Below the pieces are notes generated by a model. That model was given only the letters and a program-made list of their open reading frames with translations, had not been told where the DNA came from and did not search any database. A stretch of 64,000 bases of DNA, taken from assembly GCA_900540385.1 (NCBI GenBank), contig UQFY01000003.1, positions 64,715-128,714 of the forward strand. Direction: 5' to 3'. Below are positions 35,842-46,243 of this stretch, piece after piece (positions within the stretch are counted from its first letter, which is position 1; each line of letters begins with the position of its first letter). The position numbers were made by a program, and so were the translations under genes. Origin of the DNA: an uncultured Mollicutes bacterium. Lineage in GTDB: Bacteria; Bacillota_I; Bacilli_A; RFN20; CAG-826.

Positions 35842-38805
35842 TTAGGAGAGCAAAATCGTTTTGATTTCAAATGCTTTAAAATGAAGATCGTTTAAATTCG
35901 TTTCTTCTTTTTCATCCTCTAAGCCATTACATTGGGTGGCCTTTTGGAAACAGGCTGGCAAATTTATCGAACATTTTTGCGGGGCGTTTGTGGAGTTATA
36001 AATACGTATTACAAAGCCTTTCCCATCATAAGAAGGTTTGAAGCAAGATAAGACAATATGAGGATTGCTAATGCAGAAAGCATTTTTTGGCTCCTCTTTC
36101 TCTTTGAAGAAGAAAACGGAGGAAGAAAAGGAGTTTGCTTCTTCGTCTACATCAGAATCTTCCAATCTCTCCTTATGTGGGTAAAGCGCATAATCATATT
36201 CGTATGTTTCTTGATCCATGTGCTCCATCGGATAGGAATTGCTCTTTAAAAGAGTAAGTTCCAAGCTTCCTTCTTTTGCGTAGAAACCATTCCTTACAGG
36301 ACTAAATAAAGCAAATCCACTTCGTTCTTTGGAAAGTTCAATCCATTTATAGGAACAAAGTTCATATTGGGCCTTCTCTATAAAAGAGTCGTTCTTTGTG
36401 GAATGAGATTGATAACCGAATTGGGTGTCTGAGAAAACTTCCTCTGGCATATCTTTCATTGGGAAAACGGCTTTTAGAAGATAATTATCATCTTTCCAAT
36501 CAATCTTATGATGGATACGGATGATACGTGAGTTTTCATCGATCAAAATAGTTTGGTATAAATGAGATTGTTGGAAAACGTAGGTATCGTTAAATTCATA
36601 AAGGGGGCCGTAACGTTTAATGTTTCTTTTCTCTAGACGCATGTATTTTTCTGGTTGGTTACGATAGTTTTCCAAAATATTCCAATTCGCATATTTTGGG
36701 TCACCGGGCTCATAAAAGACACGGAAACGGTTTGCTTCAGAAGAGAAATACTCTTCCCCTGTTTCTTTATCCTTTAGGGAGGAGATAGAACCGTCTTGAG
36801 CAAAAACAATACGGAAATATTTCGTGTCTAGAGTGTCTAAAGAAGGAATGCTCTTCCCTTTATAACGTTCAGCATCCTGGCTTTCTCCATAACTAGGCAA
36901 AGAGAAAATAAGATAGGAGTTGCCTACTTTCTCATAATGAGTCTTTTTTAAGGAGAAATTACGGACATAATAGCCCTTTTTATAGACAGGGGAATAGTTT
37001 TTGTTAGACGCTTTCTCAAGGATATTATCCAAAGATTCGTTGAGGAGAGGGTAACGTTTATCCGTAACCTCATAAACTTCTTTTATGGAAGAACCGGGCA
37101 ATACGTCGTGGAATTGATAAAGAAGAACTTCTTTCCAAATCTCATCAAGTTCTTTGGAGAAGCCTTTGATGTTTAATTCGGAAAGATAAATCTCTGTTTG
37201 ACGAAGCTTTTCTTCTAAATAACGGTTCCAAATTTTATTTCTTGCTTGGGAAGAGAAGGTTCCGCGATGGTTTTCTAAATAGATTTCCCCTTCTTGATGG
37301 GGCAAGGAAGACTGGTATGGCTCTAAGGATTGGAAGAAGGAAAGAGCACTCGTTTCCTTTATTGCAGGCAAAGAAAGACGATGATTCATTCTAGGAAGTC
37401 TTTCACACATATCTTCGCTAGGACCACCTCCACCATCTCCACAGCCATAGAGATAGAGAGCATTCTTCAAGAAAGATTTCTTTTTGCTATTTCTTTCCGT
37501 GTCCATAAGTTCTTTTGGAAGAGCAAAACCGTTATATCCATAAGGATTTTGTGAGAAATGGGTGAGAACACTTTGACCATCTAACCCTTCGAATATAAAA
37601 GAAGAGTAAGGGAAAATGCTCTGCTCATTCATTCTCATCTTTGCGGAATAGAAATAACGTTGATTGGTGTCTTTTAAAATACTAGGCAAAGCAGGGATAA
37701 AGCCAAAATCATCAGGATAGAAACCAATTTGGCTATCATGCCCAAAATAGTCGCGATAAAAATGCTGTCCATATAACATTTGACGGTAAAGTGCTTCCTC
37801 GCCAACATTATTCAAATCATTTTCGACGTAGGCTCCGCCAAGAAGTTCAATTCTTCCTTCTTTTTCGTATTTTTGTATCAAAGAAAAAGTTTCAGGAGAG
37901 AGTTCTTTTATCTGCTCTAATTGCCAAGGTTGTGAGATGGAATAATGAAAAGAAGGATATCTTTCTAAAAGGTATATGGCATTTAAAATGGTACGTAACG
38001 CCTTCTTTTTGCTTTCTTTAAAGCTCCAAAGCCAAGCTAAATCCAAATGGGAATGGCCTAGACAGGTAATCGTAAAATCGGATTTTGAGATAAGAGAAAG
38101 AAGAGATGAGGTGATTTTCTTTGCCTCTTTTTCTTTCTCAGCAAAAGAGAAGAGATATAGGTCTCTTACTTTTTCAAGTCCAAGCAAAATGTCGTTGAAA
38201 TAGGAATCTTCGGGAGAGATAGAGAAAAGATAATTCGACAAGACTTCATAATCATATAAGAGAGAAAGATCGTCTTGATGAATAACAACAAGTGCTGCTT
38301 TGTGGAAGAAACCGGCTTGAGGGAAAAGAGAACGAAAATAGATGTTATCTTGGCATTCTATCCAAAGATCGATTTGATTATTTATAACAAGATTTTTTAA
38401 AGGGTAATGACATTTTAAAGTCGCGTAGTTTCTTTCATCCTCTAAAGAATACGTTCCTAAAGAGAACCCCTTTAAAGGCTGGCCTTGATAATCAAAAAGG
38501 ATTCCCTCCGAACCGGCATCAAAATGAAGATATAAAGAAGAAAAATCGATTCCCGCAGGAAGTTTTCCTTTCAAATGAAAATAACCGTATCGAAAAGGCT
38601 TGTCATTCCATTTTTCATTCTCTTTAATTCTTTTTGTGAAATGATATTTCAATTTCATAAAAGGGACTTCTTCTTGAGAAAGAAAATAACGAACATCAAG
38701 TTTCAGAATTTCCTCAAAAGCATTCTGAAGAAGAGATTGTCCTAAAAAATGTCGAATTAACATTTTTCGTCTTTCTAAATAAGCGGGGTTTCTTTTACGT
38801 TCCAT
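35842..38805 (-). CDS. Glycoside hydrolase family 38 alpha-mannosidase (cytoplasmic)
   Basis: GH38 motifs CLGHSHLDLAWLW, YGCGDGGGGP, HRGTFSSQARNK and QFHDVLPGSSI. No signal peptide. Confidence 0.9.
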   Translation of the reverse strand: MERKRNPAYLERRKMLIRHFLGQSLLQNAFEEILKLDVRYFLSQEEVPFMKLKYHFTKRIKENEKWNDKPFRYGYFHLKGKLPAGIDFSSLYLHFDAGSEGILFDYQGQPLKGFSLGTYSLEDERNYATLKCHYPLKNLVINNQIDLWIECQDNIYFRSLFPQAGFFHKAALVVIHQDDLSLLYDYEVLSNYLFSISPEDSYFNDILLGLEKVRDLYLFSFAEKEKEAKKITSSLLSLISKSDFTITCLGHSHLDLAWLWSFKESKKKALRTILNAIYLLERYPSFHYSISQPWQLEQIKELSPETFSLIQKYEKEGRIELLGGAYVENDLNNVGEEALYRQMLYGQHFYRDYFGHDSQIGFYPDDFGFIPALPSILKDTNQRYFYSAKMRMNEQSIFPYSSFIFEGLDGQSVLTHFSQNPYGYNGFALPKELMDTERNSKKKSFLKNALYLYGCGDGGGGPSEDMCERLPRMNHRLSLPAIKETSALSFFQSLEPYQSSLPHQEGEIYLENHRGTFSSQARNKIWNRYLEEKLRQTEIYLSELNIKGFSKELDEIWKEVLLYQFHDVLPGSSIKEVYEVTDKRYPLLNESLDNILEKASNKNYSPVYKKGYYVRNFSLKKTHYEKVGNSYLIFSLPSYGESQDAERYKGKSIPSLDTLDTKYFRIVFAQDGSISSLKDKETGEEYFSSEANRFRVFYEPGDPKYANWNILENYRNQPEKYMRLEKRNIKRYGPLYEFNDTYVFQQSHLYQTILIDENSRIIRIHHKIDWKDDNYLLKAVFPMKDMPEEVFSDTQFGYQSHSTKNDSFIEKAQYELCSYKWIELSKERSGFALFSPVRNGFYAKEGSLELTLLKSNSYPMEHMDQETYEYDYALYPHKERLEDSDVDEEANSFSSSVFFFKEKEEPKNAFCISNPHIVLSCFKPSYDGKGFVIRIYNSTNAPQKCSINLPACFQKATQCNGLEDEKEETNLNDLHFKAFEIKTILLS

Positions 38806-38893
38806 AAGAAAATTATAGGCAACTAGCTCCTCCTATTGAAAGTGTTTTCAAGTCTCTTTAAAGTAGAAAGAAAGAAGATAAAATAATCGCGTT

Positions 38894-40390
38894 ATGAGCT
38901 TGTGGAAGAAATTTAAACAATTGTTTGATCCAATTGATTTAACGACAGGAGGGATATGGAAAGATATTTTTATCTTTTCCCTTCCGATTATGTTGTCTAC
39001 TTTATTACAGAAAATCTATTCTTTAATTGATACGGTTATTTGTGGACAAACCCTTAATGATGCGGCCGTTGCTGCAGTTACTAACACTACCACAATCGTT
39101 TTCATGATTCTTCAATTCTCGATAGGATGTGCTTCAGGTTTCTCAGTAGTTCTTTCAAAAAAGATTGGCCAACATTCCTTAGAAGGTGCAAGAAGATCAA
39201 TTTGGACTCAGATTGTTCTTTCTATCATTATCACCATTATCTTATCTGTCGTTGGTTGCCTTGTTTTGGATTTTCTTTTGGCTTGGATTGGCATTTATCC
39301 TTCGGCAGCTGATCCTTACATGCAAGCAGAGTACGAAGCGGCTAAAACCTATCTGTTGATTATCGTAGGCGCCTCATTTTCCCAAATTGTCTATAATTTG
39401 GCCGTTACTTGTTTAAGGGCATATGGCGATTCTTTCACGCCTTTCATCTTCTTACTAATCTCCACTGTTTTGAATATTGTTTTAGATTTGGTCTTTATTG
39501 TTGTTTTTAATTGGGGAGTCGCTGGAGCCGCCTGGGCAACCGTTCTTGCCCAAGCTTTAGCGGGATTGGCCTCTTGGTTTTATCTCTTTTATCATTACAA
39601 AGAGCTTCGTTTCCAAAAGGAAGATTTAAAAATCACTTGGAACGATGTCGTTGAACATCTGAAAAATGGTCTTCCTCTTGCTTTCAATTTCTCTATTCTT
39701 TCCATTGGAACCGTCATTATGTCTGGAGCAGTCATTGCTTTCGACCGTCTTCCAAACGGGAATATGAATCCTGCTTTACCAGCTCAACTTGGTTATGGTG
39801 TTGCAGGTAAAATCTTCCAATTGGCGATGGGCTTCCAAGAATCTTTAGGTCTTGCCATGATTTCTTATATGGCTCAAAACTTAGGTGCTGGAAAATATGA
39901 GCGCATCAAGAAAGGCTTCCACGTTTCTATTCTTTATGGAATGATCATTACGGTTTTCATCAACGTCGTTGTTCTTCCACTCACCATCAATGGAGCCTAT
40001 CAATATCTTTTCCTTTCAACTGAAAAAGTAACTGCCGATTCCATCAAATGGGGCAACACCTACCTGTATGTTGCCATCCCATTGATGTTTATCTTAATGT
40101 TTCTTTTCCTTTTCCGAAATTGTTTGGAAGGTCTAGAAAAACCTCTCTTCCCGTTCTTAGCAGGAATTGCAGAACTAGTTGCCCGTGTGCTTATTTGTTC
40201 TTTCTTACCAGCCCTTTTTAATGGCGGACCTATTAATTCCGCAGCCTCCATTTGGGCTTTTATCGGTGCCTCGTTAGGCGATCCTGGCGCTTGGGTTTTA
40301 GCTACTTTGACGATGCTTATCCCGATGTTGCTAGCGATTTATCGTCCAAAGAAAAACGTTATTCAGCAAGAAGAACACGAGATTCTCTAA
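38894..40390 (+). CDS. MATE-family efflux transporter
   Basis: 12 TM helices. The N-terminus is MatE-like (PIMLSTLLQKIYSLIDTVICGQ). Confidence 0.85.
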   Translation: MSLWKKFKQLFDPIDLTTGGIWKDIFIFSLPIMLSTLLQKIYSLIDTVICGQTLNDAAVAAVTNTTTIVFMILQFSIGCASGFSVVLSKKIGQHSLEGARRSIWTQIVLSIIITIILSVVGCLVLDFLLAWIGIYPSAADPYMQAEYEAAKTYLLIIVGASFSQIVYNLAVTCLRAYGDSFTPFIFLLISTVLNIVLDLVFIVVFNWGVAGAAWATVLAQALAGLASWFYLFYHYKELRFQKEDLKITWNDVVEHLKNGLPLAFNFSILSIGTVIMSGAVIAFDRLPNGNMNPALPAQLGYGVAGKIFQLAMGFQESLGLAMISYMAQNLGAGKYERIKKGFHVSILYGMIITVFINVVVLPLTINGAYQYLFLSTEKVTADSIKWGNTYLYVAIPLMFILMFLFLFRNCLEGLEKPLFPFLAGIAELVARVLICSFLPALFNGGPINSAASIWAFIGASLGDPGAWVLATLTMLIPMLLAIYRPKKNVIQQEEHEIL

Positions 40391-43300
40391 CTTTGATGCG
40401 GTTTCTTTTGCAAGAAGAATCTTTAATCGCTCTCGTTAGATAGGCATTCTTCGTTTGAAGAAGGACTTTATAGCCAAAGACAAGGGATACTTGTTTGACT
40501 AGGTCACCGAGATCCATTTCGCCTTGTTCTTTTAATATGTCTGCCGCACAGTTAGCAACCTCTTGATAACAAATATCGCTTAATGTTCTTAGGGATTTAT
40601 TCTCTGGATCTAAACGGTAATTTAAGAAAGATGCTTCTTCAAAATCCTTTGGAACGTAGAATTTTGTTCCATCGTTAATGAAATAAGTCACTCGATCAGC
40701 AATTTCTTGCAAGGCTTTTTCGATTTCTCCGCGGGAAATAGATCCTACGCGTTTCTTACCAACCGCCAAACAATAACGGCGGTTAATCAGTTCAAGAGAA
40801 ATAGGGCCTTCATACTGAATTAAAGAAAGAAGGTATGGAGCAAGGTTTGTTTTATCGCACGCTTCTTCCGATAAGGTGTAAGGAATGGATTTTTTCGTCA
40901 TGGCTTGTTTGATAAAGAGAGGTTTTTTCTTAAAAACGTTATTCTCTTTCCCTTGATTTGGATTCGTAAGGACTTCATTTAAGGCCGTTACAATGTATTG
41001 AACGATTTCTTTACGATGATCAAGGTATTCCACCGCATAAACATGGCAAAGATTCCAGCCAAGACGATGAAGGATGTTAGGCTCATTGATGTTGCGATCA
41101 CGGCATGTCATATTCGCAAAATGCTCATTATCAAGCAAAACACCTAATAGATATTCGTTTGGTTTTTCTTTTAAAGAAATGGCCAAATCAACTTTAAAGG
41201 AAGATTCTCCTAGATTCTCTTCAACGTGATAGCCAAGCTTACGGATATCTTCTGCAAGATACTTTTCAATACCAATCTCTCTTTTTTCTAGATTATTGGC
41301 GTTAAAAGGAAGGTAATCATAGCCAAATTTAGCAAAAGAGAGGAAGTCTTTTAGATATTGAGCACCAGCATTCTTTGCACGTTCCGCTTTAATGTCCGCA
41401 GGATTTAAGGAAGAGAAAACAACCATTTCCTCACGAGCACGGGAAACCGCTACATTTAAACGTCTTTCACCTTTTTTCAAGGAAAGAGGGCCAAAATTCA
41501 AAGAAATGGTTCCGTTTTTATCAGGACCATATGTCGTTGAGAAAAGAATCACGTCTCTTTCGTCGCCTTGAACGTTTTCGAGGTTCTTAATAAAGATCTT
41601 TTCTCCGCCTGGTTCGAGATTTCCGTTTCCAAGTTTGGAGGTTTCTTTATCTAGCATATCTTCGATAACATTTTGTTGAGCTTCGTTAAAAGTGATGACG
41701 CCAATAGAATGCGTACGAAGTTCTTTGTCTTTAAGACGACGAAGAATCTCTTTGACCACTTCTTTCGCTTCCGTGCGGTTAATACCCCTGCCTCTTTCAT
41801 AAACGCCTTTAACATAACGATAACCGACTGCTTTTTCATCGTTTGTAGGCGAAGGGAAGGTGAGCAAGGAATTGTCATAGAATTTGTTATTAGAGAAAGC
41901 GATTAAGGATTCATGGCGAGAACGATAATGCCAAAGAAGTCTTTTACGAGGCAAGCCCAAAACCAAAGCGTCATCCAAAAGAGATTCCAAATCTTCATCT
42001 AAGGAAGAGAAAGCGTTATCGGAGTCATTATTTCCGATTGTTGTGGTAAAGAAAGAGGTTGGAGGCATCTGTTCTTCATCACCTGCAATAACTACGCTAT
42101 CGCCTCTAGCAATCGCTGAGATGGCTTCCGAGGTAGGGATTTGAGAGGCTTCGTCAAAGATTACGACATCAAAATGATAATCGTGAATATCTAAGAATTG
42201 CGAAACGGATATTGGTGACATCATAAAGCATGGAGTTAAGTTCTGAATAATGTCTTTGTAGTTATGGAAAATTTGTCTTAAAGACACACCTCTTCCACCG
42301 TTTTTGCATAACTTGGCCAACTGATTAAAAGAGGTTGATTCAGCAAAATGGAAAGCGTCTCTTGGATAAGAAGAAGAGATTTTTGCCGCCGTAGTAATGG
42401 TAGCCAAATTGGAGAATTCCTGAATATCGTTAGCGTATTGATGAACAAGGTTGTTCATTTCTTTGCTAGAAAGAAGAGCGAGATTGTCCTCTTTCAAACG
42501 ATAGGAAAGAATGGAGTTTGCCAAGGATTTTTCAAAATCGGAGAGAAGAACTTGTTCTTTGATTTTTCCTTTTTTGAAAAATGAGACGTATTCTTTTGGA
42601 AGAAGAGTTTCCAAATCATCTAGCTTCAATAACAAAGATGTCCATTCGGCTAGGCTTCCAATTCTTCCGGAAGCAGAACGGAGTTTGCTATAAAGCACAC
42701 CAAAAAATTTGTTATCATCTGGATAAAGATTGATATCAAAAGAAGCGTTAGCAAGAAGTTCTTCTTTCTTTTTCTCGAATTCATAGAAATCCTTAAGGAA
42801 AGTGTTTTGTATCTTGGAGAACAAGCTTCCTTGGTCTAAATCGGACAAATAGGTAGCGAACGCCTCTTTTTTATTTGGAAGATAATCCAAAGAAAGGATG
42901 TTTTTACTGATCTTCAAAGTCGTTTCGAACTCATGTAAGACTTCCTCTCCATCTGGATAAGTCAAAAATGGGTGCTTCTTTAAGAAGAAACGGACGTATG
43001 GATCGAAGGTAGATAGTTCTTTATTCTGTTCTTGGATATGTTTTAAAAGTTCTAATTCGTCTTTTAAGTTATCGTTTTTTAACGCTTCTTTGTTTTTAAC
43101 GAAAGGCTTCAGCTTTTTCTTTAAAACGGAAAGAGCTTTATGGCAGGCAAAGAAAGACTGAGATTCAGCAAGCAAGAACTCTTTTTCTAATTCTTCACCG
43201 TTTTGGTTTAAGAAAGAATCGTTAAAGGAAACAAGGATTTTTTCCTTGCTTTTTGTAATATCGATGGTGAGATTTAATGCGGAACGAATCTCATCTTCTT

Positions 43301-46190
43301 TTTCAACGAAGTTCTCATCGAGAAAATGTTCAGGCCATTTCTTCTCCCCTTCACGAAGAATCTCGAGGATTTCTACGTAGCGCTTAGCGTTATTGTAAGT
43401 TTCTTCTAATTGTTTCTGACGGTTGAAGACATTGTATAAATCGAGTTTCAGACGTTCTAAAAGTGGAAGAAGATTATCAATTTCTTTCTTCATTGAGTCA
43501 CGGTATTCCATCGAATAGGAACGTTCTTGGAAACCGATGAAAGGAGAAGAAATATAAGAGTCGAAAGAAAGGGATGTTGAAGCAATATCTTTGAGAAGTT
43601 GAAGCGTTTTTTCATATTTGTTTTCGCTAAAATTCGTTAAGAATTCATAGGAAAACGCATACACGTCCCCGCTATCTTCGTTTTCAAGATAGGAAAGAAT
43701 TGCTTGATAAGGAGAATAAAGGAATTCTCTTTTTTCATGCAAGGAAGAGATTTTAGAATTTAATTCCGCTTGTTTCTCTTCGATTTTCTCATTGCATTCG
43801 TTAAATCCATCAGGATTCGCGACAGGTCCCCCTAACGAAAGCAATTTCTGATAGGTTTCTAATACTTGAGACTTTGGTTCTTGGATATTGGCCAACTCTA
43901 GGGTGAATTGCCCTAAAGAAAGATCGTCTAAACGACGCTTAACCACATCAAGAGCTACTTCTTTTTCAGCAACGAAAAGAACTTTCTTGCCATGATAAAG
44001 AAGATTCACGATCATATTGGCAATCGTTTGGGATTTGCCTGTTCCTGGAGGGCCATCCAAAATGAAAGATTCTCCTTTATCTGCGTCATATATGGCCTTA
44101 ATTTGGGAAGAATCCGCGCTTAAAGGGAATATGACTTCATCGTTTTTGATTTCTTTTACAGGTGTTTCTTCTTTAAAAGACAAATCTTTATCCGCGTTTA
44201 CAAAGCTCGAAACAATTTTGTTTGAAAGCATGATGTCTCGATTGTTTTTCAAATCACTCCACATCACGAAATGGGAGAAAGAGAAAAGAGAAAGAATGGA
44301 TGGGTTCTCTAAAAGAAGCCAGTTCTTCATTGGAGTGATAATTCGTCTGATTTCGTTATAAATGAGACGGAGATCAATCTTTCCGTTTTCTTTTTTAGGT
44401 AACTCATTTAAAGAAGAGAAATCCAAATGGAAGTTTTGTTTGAAATATTCAAAAAGGGTTTGGTTTAAGCCGATTTCATCGTAGTCATATTCCAAAACGT
44501 ACGAATTGCCCGTCTTTCTTTTTGGAATACGCACAGGGAGGAGCAATAATGGAGCGTACATCTCCCCTTTGGCGTGGTTTGCACTGATTTCATTGTCGTA
44601 CCAACGAATTAAACCAAGAGTGAGGAAAAGAGGGTTACAGCCACTTTCTTCCAAAGAGGTGTTGGCTTTTCTTGATAAGTTCTTTGCCGCATCAATTTTA
44701 TTGCCCGCCTTGCAAAAGGAAGAGATTTTTCCTTTTCCATATCCTTCATGAATGAGGTTCAAAGACAAGGCGTCTTGAAAAGAAGGAATTTCTCCATCTG
44801 GGAAAAGAATGTTTTGCTCCACTTCTTGAAGAGAGACTTTATCGTTATTAGAAAGGAAATCTAAGAAGCTTTCCGCATCATCGACCATGATTTGCAAAGT
44901 GTTCGCTTTGATTTTTAAGTTCAAGAGTTTATTTGCAAGATTTAAATCCAGAAGCTTGTCTTCCCAATATTCATAACGGTTCTTATTTCGCTTGTTCTCA
45001 TTGGAAAGATAACGTCTTGCGTCCAAATCGACTTCCGAGATTTTTTCATTCTTCTTCTCGTCTATTGAAGGAATCACAATCTTTTTCTCACCGTTTTCTT
45101 CCTTCATGGAGGGAATAGGCCAGATCAATTCATTACGGCAAGAATGGATATCGATAGCATAATGGAAATTCTTTTCCTCTTGGAGGGTTTTATATGCTAA
45201 ATCCTTTGCATCTTGGAAAGAAAGATCGTCTTTGCTGATGGCAGTGCATTCTAAAAGGCAAAGGTGTTCAAAGCCCTTCGATGCGGCATTAATAATGACT
45301 TGACCATTCTCCTCAAGCGGGGAAAGGGACATCTCTTCATCTAGCCAAACACCTAACATACAGTGGTTGGCAAGCAAAATAAGCACAGGGCGAAGGCCAA
45401 TCGCTTCAATAACGGAAGCGAAAAGCAAAGAGAAATCCAAGCAATTACCCATCCTATCCCCTAAAACGTTTTTAGGAAGGCGAACACGTTGGAAGAGTTT
45501 ATCAAAAGAAGCGGGTGAAATGATATAGCGAAGGGAAAGGCTTTTAAGAGTTTGATATACAGAGTCAATATCTTTTAGAACTTCGTTTGGATCATGAGAA
45601 AGATAACCGTCAAAAGAAGCGTCTTCGTATTTCTTTTTACGATAATCCATCGCGGAAGAAACGATTTGCTTTATCCCTTCTTCATTTGGCGTTACAAACG
45701 ATGCAAGCAAGTCACGAATGCGGTAAGAAGAAACGCTTAACTCAATAGGATCAAAACGAAGATCAACGGACGAGGTTGCTAACATCTCCCCTTTCGAATT
45801 GAATAAGGTTGCTCTTAAAGAGCCTGGAAGGCTTTCCGTAAGTTGATAAAGTTTCAAAGGATCAAGAAAAAATTGAAATTGACGGATGAGAGTTCCTCTA
45901 TTTCCTTTTTCGATACAAGAGAGGGGAATATTCGAGATTTCAATCAAGGAAGGAACCACGTCAAAACGAAGGGTCGCATCCTTCACATCTTCTTGCCCTG
46001 AATTCTTGATTAAAATCGATTTTAAGAAACAAAATGGGTTCGTTTCGATACCATGGGTCGCCTCTTTTTGTAAAAGATAAGCTTGATAATTAACGTAGGA
46101 GATATTTTTCTCCGCTTGAATTTCTAAAGAAAGTCCACTCTCTGCCATATGATTCATTATAGCAATCAAGAGGGCTTTTAAGGTATCCAA
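40359..46190 (-). CDS. 1943-aa multidomain protein: transglutaminase-like Cys-protease fold, DUF4011-like region, Upf1-like SF1 helicase (AAA_11/AAA_12) with a long helical insertion, Vsr/DUF559-like restriction-endonuclease fold, DUF3320-like tail
   Basis: TGase-like core GNC(250)LDFS...ANH(276)CMLGVW...LLECT. DUF4011-like region at aa 405-660. Walker A GPPGTGKS (713-720). Motif II VIFDEASQ (1343-1350), then GDEEQMPP, YRSRHESL, QGDERDVILFS and RRLNVAVSRAREE. REase-like GYHVEENLGESSFKVDLAI...GWNLCHVYAVEY (about 1650-1725). DUF3320-like IQYEGPISLELINRRY. The start is uncertain: TTG at 46190, or ATG at 46157 or 46148. Confidence 0.85.
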   Translation of the reverse strand: MDTLKALLIAIMNHMAESGLSLEIQAEKNISYVNYQAYLLQKEATHGIETNPFCFLKSILIKNSGQEDVKDATLRFDVVPSLIEISNIPLSCIEKGNRGTLIRQFQFFLDPLKLYQLTESLPGSLRATLFNSKGEMLATSSVDLRFDPIELSVSSYRIRDLLASFVTPNEEGIKQIVSSAMDYRKKKYEDASFDGYLSHDPNEVLKDIDSVYQTLKSLSLRYIISPASFDKLFQRVRLPKNVLGDRMGNCLDFSLLFASVIEAIGLRPVLILLANHCMLGVWLDEEMSLSPLEENGQVIINAASKGFEHLCLLECTAISKDDLSFQDAKDLAYKTLQEEKNFHYAIDIHSCRNELIWPIPSMKEENGEKKIVIPSIDEKKNEKISEVDLDARRYLSNENKRNKNRYEYWEDKLLDLNLANKLLNLKIKANTLQIMVDDAESFLDFLSNNDKVSLQEVEQNILFPDGEIPSFQDALSLNLIHEGYGKGKISSFCKAGNKIDAAKNLSRKANTSLEESGCNPLFLTLGLIRWYDNEISANHAKGEMYAPLLLLPVRIPKRKTGNSYVLEYDYDEIGLNQTLFEYFKQNFHLDFSSLNELPKKENGKIDLRLIYNEIRRIITPMKNWLLLENPSILSLFSFSHFVMWSDLKNNRDIMLSNKIVSSFVNADKDLSFKEETPVKEIKNDEVIFPLSADSSQIKAIYDADKGESFILDGPPGTGKSQTIANMIVNLLYHGKKVLFVAEKEVALDVVKRRLDDLSLGQFTLELANIQEPKSQVLETYQKLLSLGGPVANPDGFNECNEKIEEKQAELNSKISSLHEKREFLYSPYQAILSYLENEDSGDVYAFSYEFLTNFSENKYEKTLQLLKDIASTSLSFDSYISSPFIGFQERSYSMEYRDSMKKEIDNLLPLLERLKLDLYNVFNRQKQLEETYNNAKRYVEILEILREGEKKWPEHFLDENFVEKEDEIRSALNLTIDITKSKEKILVSFNDSFLNQNGEELEKEFLLAESQSFFACHKALSVLKKKLKPFVKNKEALKNDNLKDELELLKHIQEQNKELSTFDPYVRFFLKKHPFLTYPDGEEVLHEFETTLKISKNILSLDYLPNKKEAFATYLSDLDQGSLFSKIQNTFLKDFYEFEKKKEELLANASFDINLYPDDNKFFGVLYSKLRSASGRIGSLAEWTSLLLKLDDLETLLPKEYVSFFKKGKIKEQVLLSDFEKSLANSILSYRLKEDNLALLSSKEMNNLVHQYANDIQEFSNLATITTAAKISSSYPRDAFHFAESTSFNQLAKLCKNGGRGVSLRQIFHNYKDIIQNLTPCFMMSPISVSQFLDIHDYHFDVVIFDEASQIPTSEAISAIARGDSVVIAGDEEQMPPTSFFTTTIGNNDSDNAFSSLDEDLESLLDDALVLGLPRKRLLWHYRSRHESLIAFSNNKFYDNSLLTFPSPTNDEKAVGYRYVKGVYERGRGINRTEAKEVVKEILRRLKDKELRTHSIGVITFNEAQQNVIEDMLDKETSKLGNGNLEPGGEKIFIKNLENVQGDERDVILFSTTYGPDKNGTISLNFGPLSLKKGERRLNVAVSRAREEMVVFSSLNPADIKAERAKNAGAQYLKDFLSFAKFGYDYLPFNANNLEKREIGIEKYLAEDIRKLGYHVEENLGESSFKVDLAISLKEKPNEYLLGVLLDNEHFANMTCRDRNINEPNILHRLGWNLCHVYAVEYLDHRKEIVQYIVTALNEVLTNPNQGKENNVFKKKPLFIKQAMTKKSIPYTLSEEACDKTNLAPYLLSLIQYEGPISLELINRRYCLAVGKKRVGSISRGEIEKALQEIADRVTYFINDGTKFYVPKDFEEASFLNYRLDPENKSLRTLSDICYQEVANCAADILKEQGEMDLGDLVKQVSLVFGYKVLLQTKNAYLTRAIKDSSCKRNRIKVRESRVLLAE

Positions 46191-46243
46191 AAATCATCTT
46201 TTTTAGAGGGGTGAAAAAAGAAATCAGTCAATGGAAGAAAACG

